A stretch of DNA of 64,000 nt from Promethearchaeota archaeon (lineage in GTDB: Archaea; Asgardarchaeota; Lokiarchaeia; Sigyniarchaeales; SOKP01): positions 128,001-192,000 of the forward strand of contig JAHPZE010000002.1 in the NCBI GenBank assembly GCA_019058365.1. Reading direction: 5' to 3'. Made by a program: the position numbers and the translations under genes. Positions within the stretch are counted from its first letter, which is position 1, and each line of letters begins with the position of its first letter. Below, one piece after another: positions 1 to 8,896 of the stretch. The notes beneath the pieces are model-generated. The model was not told the DNA's origin, did not search any database, and saw only the letters and a list, made by a program, of their open reading frames with translations.

Positions 1-625
1 CTCCTTTAAAAACACAATGGATCCTTTTTCGAGGGATTCCAACCACAGTACAAGCAGCCATTTCATCAGTTTCTCCTACGGGTAATGGATTGCATTCATA
101 ACAAGCATTTTTATAGGGGAAAACTGTATATACATGACCATGATAACCTGATACTCCTCCATCTACTAATGGCTTTCTAAATCTTATACACTGTGCATTT
201 AAATTTAGGCGTGCATTCATCGAATCAAGACCACCAATAACAACATCCGCAGCTTGGTATAGTGCTGGATTCAAACGTTCTAGAGAAGTATGGTATCCCT
301 TAACAATAATATTAGGATTAATTTCTTTTAACTTTCGAGCTGCAACAACTGCCTTAGGTTCTCCAATCTTCGCTCCCGTAAAAAGAACTTGACGGTTTAA
401 GTTAGAATGTTCAATAATGTCTAAATCAATAAGATCAAGGTGACCAACACCGAGCATAGCTAAGTTTTTAGCGATTTCACAACCTAAACCTCCAACCCCA
501 ACTATAAGAACTCTTGAATTCTTTACCACTTTCTGGGACCATCCCTCCAAACGAAATTGGCGGTCATAAAGGTCTCTCTCTTCCACTGATAATTCTTTTG
601 CGAAAAAATCTGTATCCTTATCCAC
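1..625 (-). CDS. E1-like ubiquitin/Ubl-activating enzyme (ThiF/UBA family, Uba2/Uba3-like); 3' end runs off the window
   Basis: Not in the ORF track; translated by hand from the minus strand: (M)DKDTDFFAKELSVEERDLYDRQFRLEGWSQKVVKNSRVLIVGVGGLGCEIAKNLAMLGVGHLDLIDLDIIEHSNLNRQVLF...GLDSMNAR...CYEC...AACTVVGIPRKRIHCV. Has YDRQ, GxGGLG, SNLNRQ and a catalytic-Cys motif CT..xP...HC. GTG at 625 follows GGTGA (631-635); an in-frame ATG lies at 637. Confidence 0.93.
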   Translation of the reverse strand, partial: MDKDTDFFAKELSVEERDLYDRQFRLEGWSQKVVKNSRVLIVGVGGLGCEIAKNLAMLGVGHLDLIDLDIIEHSNLNRQVLFTGAKIGEPKAVVAARKLKEINPNIIVKGYHTSLERLNPALYQAADVVIGGLDSMNARLNLNAQCIRFRKPLVDGGVSGYHGHVYTVFPYKNACYECNPLPVGETDEMAACTVVGIPRKRIHCVFKG

Positions 626-716
626 TATTATCACCATTAATTTTTACAAAAAAAATAAAAAAAATTGAAGGGCTAAATGCCCTTATATTATATTTTATGA
701 AGAAAGTTTTATAAGT

Positions 717-1049
717 CTACCCAGCCGTACTGGCGGGGATTAATAGAATATCATCACCATCATTTAAATCATAGTCGCTTAGGGAACTATTTTCATCCAT
801 AGTAACTCCTCCACTAGAAATATGGAAATCATTAGGATCAAGACCATATAAATTTCCTAATGTTTGTTTAATGTCTCTTACTGGATTACTGTCATTTACC
901 GTTAACTTCTCTTTTTTTTCGCCAGGACCAATTGTTGACATAAAATATAAAGTCAATTTCTTTCCTGCAGAAGGAATTTTACTTGCAGGAGTTTTAGATT
1001 TTACAGGTTCATTTACACCTAAATCTTCATCAAATTCATCAAAACTCAT
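717..1049 (-). CDS. Ubiquitin-like (beta-grasp) protein Ubl-1, acidic N-tail, ends in ...LLIPASTAG
   Basis: Ubiquitin-fold pattern (DIKQTLGNLYGLDPNDFHISSGGVTMDENSSLSDYDLNDGDDILLIP), terminal Gly, directly upstream of the E1 on the same strand. Confidence 0.88.
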   Translation of the reverse strand: MSFDEFDEDLGVNEPVKSKTPASKIPSAGKKLTLYFMSTIGPGEKKEKLTVNDSNPVRDIKQTLGNLYGLDPNDFHISSGGVTMDENSSLSDYDLNDGDDILLIPASTAG

Positions 1050-1318
1050 TCATTTCACTTCTCTTTTTTTTTTAATTTCTAATTTTTATTATACTTAATA
1101 AAATGGCGTTAAAAAGATATTATAAAACCCTTTGGAATGATTTTGAAGTATTCAAGATCCTCTCCAAAAATAAAAAGGTGAAAATTAGAATTCTTAAGAA
1201 ATTATATTATAAATTGTATGAAACCTTATCAATATATATATGAATTAAAAAAAGTTGTTTTAGAGAGAATATATAATTATAAAAACCAGATAAATCGACG
1301 GAATAAAAGTAAAGGCTT

Positions 1319-1990
1319 ATGAATCCTCTGGATGATGCAGAATCTGTTGTTCTTGAATTAGTAAGGGAGTATTTAACAAAGAAAACCTTCTTTTCAATTA
1401 GAGAAATTACCTCCTATATTAGCAATAGAGTACGATACAATCCAAATATAAATGAGAATAGAATAGAGTTAGTTTTGAAGAATTTAATTAAGCGGCGTGT
1501 TATTATCCCTGGAACAAAATTAATGAAAAATAATATTATAGAACATCCTAAAAGAAATGAAATCTTCAATTTTATTAAAAAAAATCCGTCAAATATTAAT
1601 GAAATAATGAAGGGTCTAAAAATTGGCAGTAATCAAGCTTTATGGCATTTATCATGTTTAGAAAAATTTCAATTTGTTAGATCAAAACAAATCAATAATC
1701 ATAGAATGTTCTTCAAATTTGATTCAAATCCAAAGCTTGACCCATTTTACTATTATTTAAAAAAAAATATCGTTCAAGATATAATAGAATTTATGAAAGT
1801 AGAAAATAAAGCATTAAAAATCACAGAGATAGCAAATGGTTTGAAAAAGAATCATAGTACTATTAAAAAATACATAGATATTTTAATAGATTTAAAATTA
1901 ATAAAAATTGAAAAAGAAACAAATAGGAATATATTCAAATTAGATCTTAGAAAATATTCTAATGTAAGAAAATCAATTCAAGGTGAATGA
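1319..1990 (+). CDS. Multi-winged-helix transcriptional regulator (ArsR/MarR-like repeats)
   Basis: Two to three wHTH-like segments (SNINEIMKGLKIGSNQALWHLSCLE; KITEIANGLKKNHSTIKKYIDILIDLKLI). Confidence 0.8.
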   Translation: MNPLDDAESVVLELVREYLTKKTFFSIREITSYISNRVRYNPNINENRIELVLKNLIKRRVIIPGTKLMKNNIIEHPKRNEIFNFIKKNPSNINEIMKGLKIGSNQALWHLSCLEKFQFVRSKQINNHRMFFKFDSNPKLDPFYYYLKKNIVQDIIEFMKVENKALKITEIANGLKKNHSTIKKYIDILIDLKLIKIEKETNRNIFKLDLRKYSNVRKSIQGE

Positions 1991-2074
1991 GATTAAAAAC
2001 TCCAATTTTATTCCAATCCCCTTTAAATTTTAAATTAAATATTATAAATTCAGAAAATAATCTAATTAAAAATC

Positions 2075-2875
2075 ATGAGAAAAAATTATAGAATTTTAAG
2101 TATTTTCACTCTTTATATAGTGTGTATTTTGTTTTATGTCTTTTTTTTCCTATATCGCATAGAAAATACACCATTATTTCTTGTTCTTACTATTGGTAGT
2201 GTTGCTGTTTTATCCACTAGTACAATTTATACAGTTTCAGTTTTACAGTCAAAAAGTAGTCCTGTCAAGACGATAAAAGAAAAAAAATATATCACAAAAC
2301 CAAAGTCAATTCAAAAGAAAACTTTCCCTATTATTGAAGATTATATTGATGCTCTACCTTCAATAGAAGACTATGTTGAATCAAATGAGTCCTATAAAGA
2401 TATGCCAATTATTGATAAATATATTTTTTCGATCTTAAGTCAGGAAGAATTAAATAAAATTGACTTGTTAGAGTTATCAAAAATGGACAAGATATTGTTT
2501 ATTAGAGAAATGATTTACTATGATCCAAATGAGAGAAAAGAATTAATCGAAAATATGTTAGAAAACAGAGATAATATTAATGGTGTAATACCTTATACAC
2601 CACCTAAAAGTTCTATAGGAATGGAAGATCAAATTCGTGTATATATACGATCACTTTTAGAACCTGGCGAGAAAACGAAAATTATAATAATAGATACAGC
2701 TGAATCAGCAAGAGTAGTTAAAGATAGAGTTGCACTATTATTTGATTATGAACAACAAGATTTTCTCTTATCTTCCGGAGGGATATTATTAGATGAGAAC
2801 TCACAGATAAAAGACTATAGTATTGATGATGATGATGAAATTGCTTTAATTCCCTCACGAAAAAAGAAAAATTAA
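2075..2875 (+). CDS. Membrane-anchored protein (2 N-terminal TM helices) with a C-terminal Ubl domain lacking the terminal Gly
   Basis: Hydrophobic at about aa 7-28 and 34-57; the last ~80 aa align with Ubl-1/Ubl-2 (PGEK, DF.LSSGG..LDENS...DY.I.D.D.I.LIP) but end in SRKKKN. Confidence 0.85.
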   Translation: MRKNYRILSIFTLYIVCILFYVFFFLYRIENTPLFLVLTIGSVAVLSTSTIYTVSVLQSKSSPVKTIKEKKYITKPKSIQKKTFPIIEDYIDALPSIEDYVESNESYKDMPIIDKYIFSILSQEELNKIDLLELSKMDKILFIREMIYYDPNERKELIENMLENRDNINGVIPYTPPKSSIGMEDQIRVYIRSLLEPGEKTKIIIIDTAESARVVKDRVALLFDYEQQDFLLSSGGILLDENSQIKDYSIDDDDEIALIPSRKKKN

Positions 2876-2922
2876 AAGTTAGGGCAGCTAATTTTAAATC
2901 CCTTTACTTATACCAGGAAGAT

Positions 2923-3348
2923 TTAGCCAGCAATACTAGCTGGAATTAAAAGTATATCCTCTCCATCAGAAATAGTATAATCGCTTAAAGGATTAATTTC
3001 ATCCATTGTTACACCACCACAAGATAAATGAAAGTCAGCAGGATCTAAACCAAATAAATTTGCAACGGTTTCTTTAATATCACCGACAAGATTTCCATCA
3101 TTAACAGTTAATTTTTGTTTTTTCTCACCCGGACCAATAGTAGACATAAAATATATTGAAATCTTCTTCCCTCCAGAAATAATTTTGGTAGTAGGAGTTT
3201 TTGTTTCAACTTCTTCTTCAAGACTCTTCTCAAAAGGTTCTTTTACATCTTCTTCTTTATTTTCTTCAAGATCTTCATCTAATTCTTCTAAATCTTCATC
3301 AAATTCTTGTTCATCAAATTCATCGTCAAATTCATTATCAAAACCCAT
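2923..3348 (-). CDS. Ubiquitin-like protein Ubl-2, long acidic N-tail, ends in ...LLIPASIAG
   Basis: Close paralog of 717..1049 (YFMSTIGPGEKK, GGVTMDE, LSDY, DILLIPAS.AG). Confidence 0.88.
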   Translation of the reverse strand: MGFDNEFDDEFDEQEFDEDLEELDEDLEENKEEDVKEPFEKSLEEEVETKTPTTKIISGGKKISIYFMSTIGPGEKKQKLTVNDGNLVGDIKETVANLFGLDPADFHLSCGGVTMDEINPLSDYTISDGEDILLIPASIAG

Positions 3349-3541
3349 AAAATAAACCCCAATAATTATGTTTTAAATATAAATTATACAATTTTTTTGC
3401 TATGAATCTATGAAAATAATAGAAATTAAGTTATATAAATAGAATCTACAAAATTTTAATATTAAAATCTTGATTAGCAAACACTTTAGAGTCAATATTC
3501 ATATGAATTTATTAATAGAGTATGTTAAAAATTGAACCATT

Positions 3542-4699
3542 ATGAACGACGAACCAATTCCAAAGTATCAAATTCGAGAAAAAACACCAATTGAAAAATT
3601 TGATATGATTTCTGATAAAAAATTGCTTAAAAAATTAAAAAAAGAAAGGATCAAGTTAGATAAAGAAAAGAATGAATGGGAAAAAGTTATTAACCAAATT
3701 GAAAATTACAAAGAAAATGTTGAAGATCTTGAGAAAAAAAGAAAAGAAAAAGAACTTAAAATTAAATATCTCCTTGAACAACGAGATAACTTACAGGATG
3801 AGTTAGAACGAACGAAAAATCAAATAAAACAACAGAATAGTGATTTAGCAACAAAAGATCAACAATTTAGAGAAAAAATCAGAAATAAAAATGAGGAATT
3901 GGATCAAAAAAATGCTGAATTAGAAAGATTTCAAGAAAAGTTAGATAATTTGAGAGAGGATATTGGAAATCAAAAAAAGAATCTAGAATGGGAAAAACAA
4001 AGAACAGAAAAACGAATAAAGGAAATTAAAACAAAAATTCCAGGTATGGAGAGAAGAGAAAATGCTTTAGAAAGAACTATTAATGATTTAGAGTCTAAAT
4101 TAATGGATTTAAGAAATGAAATCAAAGATTTAACTAAAGATCGAGATAATTTAAATAATGAAATTAATACTTTAAGGAGAGAAATTAATGATGAAAAAAA
4201 TCGAATTTCTGACGAAAAGAAAAAATTAAAAGAAGAAAGAGAAAAAACTCGTTACAAAAAACAAGATATTTCTCTACAATCTCGTGAAATTGATAAGAAA
4301 AAAACAGATCTGAAAAAATATAGAGATAAAGTTGAAAGTGATGTAAATAATTTGGAAAAAAGAAGACGCCAACAAGAAGCAAGATTAAAAGAATTAGAGA
4401 GAAAAGTTCCTGCTGCAGAAAACAAATATAACTCCTTAAATAGGAAAATTCCTAATTTAGAAGAAAAATTTAGAAGACTAAATAATGAATACAGACAATT
4501 AGAAAAACAAAAAGAGACCTTGGAAAGTGATAAAAATATAATTAAACGTGAAAGAGAAAAATTAGAAAAAGATAAACAACGATTTCTAAATGAAAAAAGG
4601 GCATTTGAAAGAGAAATAAGAAAGATAACAACGAAATCTCCATCAATTAAAACGAAAACACCCTCAAAAATTAATACTAAGACTCCTTCAAAATATTAA
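3542..4699 (+). CDS. Long coiled-coil protein with a Lys/Thr/Pro/Ser repeat tail
   Basis: About 330 aa of E/K/R-rich heptads, no Walker A motif; C-tail TKSPSIKTKTPSKINTKTPSKY. Confidence 0.8.
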   Translation: MNDEPIPKYQIREKTPIEKFDMISDKKLLKKLKKERIKLDKEKNEWEKVINQIENYKENVEDLEKKRKEKELKIKYLLEQRDNLQDELERTKNQIKQQNSDLATKDQQFREKIRNKNEELDQKNAELERFQEKLDNLREDIGNQKKNLEWEKQRTEKRIKEIKTKIPGMERRENALERTINDLESKLMDLRNEIKDLTKDRDNLNNEINTLRREINDEKNRISDEKKKLKEEREKTRYKKQDISLQSREIDKKKTDLKKYRDKVESDVNNLEKRRRQQEARLKELERKVPAAENKYNSLNRKIPNLEEKFRRLNNEYRQLEKQKETLESDKNIIKREREKLEKDKQRFLNEKRAFEREIRKITTKSPSIKTKTPSKINTKTPSKY

Positions 4700-4710
4700 A
4701 TATTTATATT

Positions 4711-5757
4711 ATGAAATTCATTAAAAATATTCAAGCAATTGAAGGAGACTATATCGAAACAAAAAGGGAAAATTTATTTTTCGATGTAAAAGGTCTTCTC
4801 CATCCAAATGATTATATTATATGTTTTTTACGTTTTTTTCCCGATCCAAATGGATTACGGATAAAAAATCGTATTAATTTTCGTAAAATTTACAATCTAG
4901 ACGAAAGATATGCTCTTTTGAGAGAAAAATATCCAGAATTTCTTTTTTTTTCTAAAGAACTCGATTTAGAAGTCCAAGGAGTTAAAAAAAAAGAAATAAA
5001 AAAAATTTATACCCCACAAAACTGCTTTAAAAAACTATTAAAAAAAAAAAAGTTATCCATTAGCGAAACACGTTCTAGAGAATTAGGTGAATTGTTTCTC
5101 TCTCAAGGAAATCTTTCTGAGGGTTCAATAGGAATTACAGGATCAATTATGGTGGGATTGAATACTGAAGAGTCTGATATTGATATAATAATTTACGGTA
5201 CAGAAACAAGTATGAAATTTCAAGAAACACTTGTAAAAATTTTTGAAAAATCAACTAATTGTAGGAAATATAATATAGATGAATATAAATCACATTATAA
5301 TTGGAGAGTTGGTGGTTCTAATATTCCATTTGAAGATTTTCTGAAAAGTGAACAAAGAAAGCAGCATCAGGGTAAATATTTGGAAAATGATTTTTTTATT
5401 AGATATATTAAAAGCCCCGAAGATTGGAAAGGAAATTTTTATGATTATCAATATAAAAATTTTGGCAGAATTAAACTTAAAGCACACATCATAGATTCAA
5501 TAGATTCTATTTTTACACCTTGTTCATATAAAATAGATCCTTTAAAAATTCTTGAAAGTAGTAATAATTCAAATAAAATTAATATAAAAGATATTAGTGA
5601 AATCAGTTCATTCAGAGGTCGCTTCTGTGAGCACGCAAGAGAAAATGAAACAGTATTAGTTGAAGGAAAGTTAGAAAAAGTAATTTTCAAGAAGGAATTA
5701 GAATATTTTAGAGTTCTATTAAGTGATCAAATTCAAGATAAAATGATCATTATTTAA
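4711..5757 (+). CDS. Predicted archaeal nucleotidyltransferase (pol-beta superfamily, COG1665-like)
   Basis: GITGS..VG.....SDIDIIIYG motif; C-terminal OB-like segment (SFRGRFCE...VEGKLE). Confidence 0.8.
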   Translation: MKFIKNIQAIEGDYIETKRENLFFDVKGLLHPNDYIICFLRFFPDPNGLRIKNRINFRKIYNLDERYALLREKYPEFLFFSKELDLEVQGVKKKEIKKIYTPQNCFKKLLKKKKLSISETRSRELGELFLSQGNLSEGSIGITGSIMVGLNTEESDIDIIIYGTETSMKFQETLVKIFEKSTNCRKYNIDEYKSHYNWRVGGSNIPFEDFLKSEQRKQHQGKYLENDFFIRYIKSPEDWKGNFYDYQYKNFGRIKLKAHIIDSIDSIFTPCSYKIDPLKILESSNNSNKINIKDISEISSFRGRFCEHARENETVLVEGKLEKVIFKKELEYFRVLLSDQIQDKMIII

Positions 5758-5829
5758 TGATAAATAAAATACTCTTAATTCAATTTAAATAAAAATATTT
5801 ATAACATTACTATTTAATTTGGATAAAAA

Positions 5830-7140
5830 ATGAAGTACTTCAATGCTGACTTGCACATTCATTCCCCCCATTCTATAGGAGTATCGAAATCTTTAAATTT
5901 AGACACTATGATCGATACCTGCAAAAAAAAGGGTTTAAATATTTTAGGGACTGGAGATGTTTTACAACCAGAATGGTTAAAATATTTAGAGCAAAAACTA
6001 GAAAAGAGTAAAGATAGAGCCTATATTTATAAAGATATTAATTTTATCCTTCAATCTGAGATAGAAGATCAAGAAAGTATCCATGAAGTTGTCTTTTTTG
6101 AAGATTTCAATATGGTAAGAACTATTCAAAAGAAATTAGAACCTTATTCAAGTAATATTTTAGGTGAATGGGGTGGACGTCCAAGGGTTAATTTAACTCC
6201 TGCAGAATTGGTTGATATAATCTCAGATGAAGGTGCTTTGATTGGTCCTGCACATGCTTTTACTCCTTTCAAAGCAATATTTCGGCAAAATAGATTTGAA
6301 ACTCTTTCAGATTGTTATCAAGATGCTACAAAAAATATTTATTTTATAGAACTTGGGTTATCTGCCAATACTTATCTTGCAGACAGGTTGGAATGTTTAA
6401 GAGATGTCACTTTTCTAAGTAATAGCGATGCACATTCACAAGGACCACGTTCTTTAGGGCGAGAATTTAATAGATTTGATATTGATAACCCATCTTTTGA
6501 AGAAATAGTATTAGCGATAAGAAGAAAAGATAATAGGAAAATATCATTAAATGTAGGGTTGCATCCTAAACTCGGAAAATATTATAATATGTTTTGCAAT
6601 AAATGTAGAAGAAGAATACTATTTAAAAAAGCAATGAAATCTTTTAATGACGTCTTTAGCCAATATTCGATAACAGAAAATTTTATATTCATATATACTA
6701 ATAATCCCGATATGGCTAAACAAGATTACATTAGCCAAGTAAATAAGGGTAAAGTAATATGTCCTTCTTGTAAAAAAGAATTAAGTAAAAATTATAAAAT
6801 AAAATTGGGTGTAAGTGAAAGAATAGATCTAATTTCAACAAGTGAAAAACCCATTCATCCAAATCACAGACCAAGTTATATTAATGCTATTCCATTAATC
6901 GATATAATACGTTCAGAGAAACACATAACAAGTAAAACCAGTAAAACGGTACTCAATACTTATAATAATATTATTGAGAAGTTAGGTTCAGAATTTGAGA
7001 TATTAATTGATACACCTATTAATAATATTAAAAAGTTTAATGAGAATATAGCATCAATTATAAAAGCAATGAGAAATGACGAGATTAAATATACTCCAGG
7101 TGGAGGAGGGACATACGGGGAAATTAATCTTGAGATATAA
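5830..7140 (+). CDS. Endonuclease Q family (PHP domain + Zn finger)
   Basis: ADLHIHS, GTGD, GPAHAFTP, ELGLSA, SNSDAHS, LGREFN, GKY..C..C, GV.ERI, PGGGG.YG. Confidence 0.88.
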   Translation: MKYFNADLHIHSPHSIGVSKSLNLDTMIDTCKKKGLNILGTGDVLQPEWLKYLEQKLEKSKDRAYIYKDINFILQSEIEDQESIHEVVFFEDFNMVRTIQKKLEPYSSNILGEWGGRPRVNLTPAELVDIISDEGALIGPAHAFTPFKAIFRQNRFETLSDCYQDATKNIYFIELGLSANTYLADRLECLRDVTFLSNSDAHSQGPRSLGREFNRFDIDNPSFEEIVLAIRRKDNRKISLNVGLHPKLGKYYNMFCNKCRRRILFKKAMKSFNDVFSQYSITENFIFIYTNNPDMAKQDYISQVNKGKVICPSCKKELSKNYKIKLGVSERIDLISTSEKPIHPNHRPSYINAIPLIDIIRSEKHITSKTSKTVLNTYNNIIEKLGSEFEILIDTPINNIKKFNENIASIIKAMRNDEIKYTPGGGGTYGEINLEI

Positions 7141-7167
7141 TTAAAAAGGTAAATTTAAAAATATATT

Positions 7168-7407
7168 TTAAATTTTAAATTCTAAATCAAGCTTTATAAG
7201 ATCTCCACATGTATTACAAGTGATAAATTCGAAGACTTTCACTGCAACTACAAGTAATTCAAGATTTTTTCTCGGAAATTGATTTCTAAATTTTTTCTTA
7301 TAATTACAATTTGGACAGCTAATTATAGCCCTTACTTGAATTAAGTCGCTATCTTCTGACACACTTAAGGCTTTATCGCTGCTTTCTTTAACATTATCAA
7401 TTTCCAT
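7168..7407 (-). CDS. Small zinc-ribbon protein
   Basis: CPNC...CNTC pairs. Confidence 0.6.
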   Translation of the reverse strand: MEIDNVKESSDKALSVSEDSDLIQVRAIISCPNCNYKKKFRNQFPRKNLELLVVAVKVFEFITCNTCGDLIKLDLEFKI

Positions 7408-7645
7408 ATTCTATATCCCTAGATACTTATGATAATTTAAACTTATAAATTTATTCTCTACAATGATTTGTCTTCTTTTTCAAACGAAAAAAATTATTTA
7501 GTTTAAAATTCATTAGGTTCTTTATTATAAAAGATTTCTCTTGAAAATAATACGTATATTACTGGTATTATCTTCATATTACTATGTTATATTATAAGGA
7601 TATCGTTCTCGTATTATAAAATACTTATTTTTTTGATGATACTCG

Positions 7646-8797
7646 ATGAGTGATGATATATTTGATCTAGTTGAATTAGCTAAGTCACGATCATCTGTAA
7701 GAGAAAGGTTCAATGAAATAGCTAAACATAACCAATGTCCTAATTCAAACCCTAATTGTGATGATGACAAATTTTTAGCAGATCTATTAAAAGTTTTGAA
7801 AATTAAAACATACGTGGTTGGTGTAGGAGGCGCTGGAAATAATACAGTTTCACGGTTAGATGATATGGGTATTAGTAATGCTGAGACAGTAAATATAAAT
7901 ACTGATGCGCATGACTTATATTACTCAAATTCAAAGCATAAAATATTAATTGGAAAAGAACGATGTAATGGATTAGGGTCAGGCAATGATCCTTCAGTTG
8001 GAGCTGAAGCAGCAGAGGAAGACCGCGACAGGTTAAATAAAACTTTAAACGCTGATATTATCTTTTTAACTTGTGGATTAGGTGGTGGTACGGGAACTGG
8101 AGCAGCACCCATTATTGCAGCAGAAGCAAAAAAAAATAATGCAATTGTAGTTACATTTTGCTCACTTCCATTTAACTCTGAAGGTAAGCAAAGATCAGTA
8201 AGAGCTCAACTAGGTTTAAAAAATCTTGCTAAATATTCTGATTTCCTAATTCCAATTCCAAATGATAATTTGCTAGGAATTGTCGGAAAAATACCAATGA
8301 TAACAGGCTTTAAGATTATGGATGAAATTCTAATAAGAAATATTGGTGAAGTTGTAAATTTAATTAATAATTGTGGTTTAGTTAACATTGATTTTGCAGA
8401 TGTAAAAAAAACACTTTTAGAAAACCCAAATGGAAAATATCCTTCTGGTTTAGTAGGAATAGCAGAATGCTTAGGCGAAGAATCAGATTTAATAGAAAAA
8501 GCCAGGTTAGCGTTAAATAATCCTCTTTTAAAACCAGACCCGAGACAAGTGAATAGATGTTTAGTATCTGTTACTGGTGATCATAATTTAACATTATCAA
8601 AAGTTGATAAAGTTGTATCAACTATATCAAATGAGATCCCAGAAACCGCTCAATTAAAATTTGGCGTTCAAAACAAGCCTGATATGGGATCAAAAATAAA
8701 AATAATGGTCTTAGCTAATGGGCCTGTTTCACCATATGTACGAGCTGCTGTAGATTCAGATAATGATTTTACACCAACGAGCATTGTTGGCTTTTAA
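7646..8797 (+). CDS. ftsZ: Cell division GTPase FtsZ
   Basis: GVGGAGNN, NTD, GGGTGTG, T7 loop GLVNIDFADV. Confidence 0.96.
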   Translation: MSDDIFDLVELAKSRSSVRERFNEIAKHNQCPNSNPNCDDDKFLADLLKVLKIKTYVVGVGGAGNNTVSRLDDMGISNAETVNINTDAHDLYYSNSKHKILIGKERCNGLGSGNDPSVGAEAAEEDRDRLNKTLNADIIFLTCGLGGGTGTGAAPIIAAEAKKNNAIVVTFCSLPFNSEGKQRSVRAQLGLKNLAKYSDFLIPIPNDNLLGIVGKIPMITGFKIMDEILIRNIGEVVNLINNCGLVNIDFADVKKTLLENPNGKYPSGLVGIAECLGEESDLIEKARLALNNPLLKPDPRQVNRCLVSVTGDHNLTLSKVDKVVSTISNEIPETAQLKFGVQNKPDMGSKIKIMVLANGPVSPYVRAAVDSDNDFTPTSIVGF

Positions 8798-8896
8798 AGC
8801 GAAAAAGTTGGATCTTTTTTACTACTCTTTAAAAATTTATCAACATTTATTCATTTTCACTTATAATTTAAATGAAATTATTTTAAGATCTCGAAC

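Noticed and set aside
514-1098. Plus-strand ORFs 514..714 and 871..1098
   Set aside because: Antisense shadows of the E1 and Ubl-1 genes
3542-4699. SMC/Rad50 or ESCRT-III call for the coiled-coil protein
   Set aside because: No Walker A/B, hinge or zinc hook; too long and uniform for the Snf7 fold
4711-7140. NTase + EndoQ as a CBASS-like defence module linked to the E1/Ubl locus
   Set aside because: The NTase looks like the common archaeal COG1665 type rather than a CD-NTase, EndoQ is a repair enzyme, and no effector gene is present
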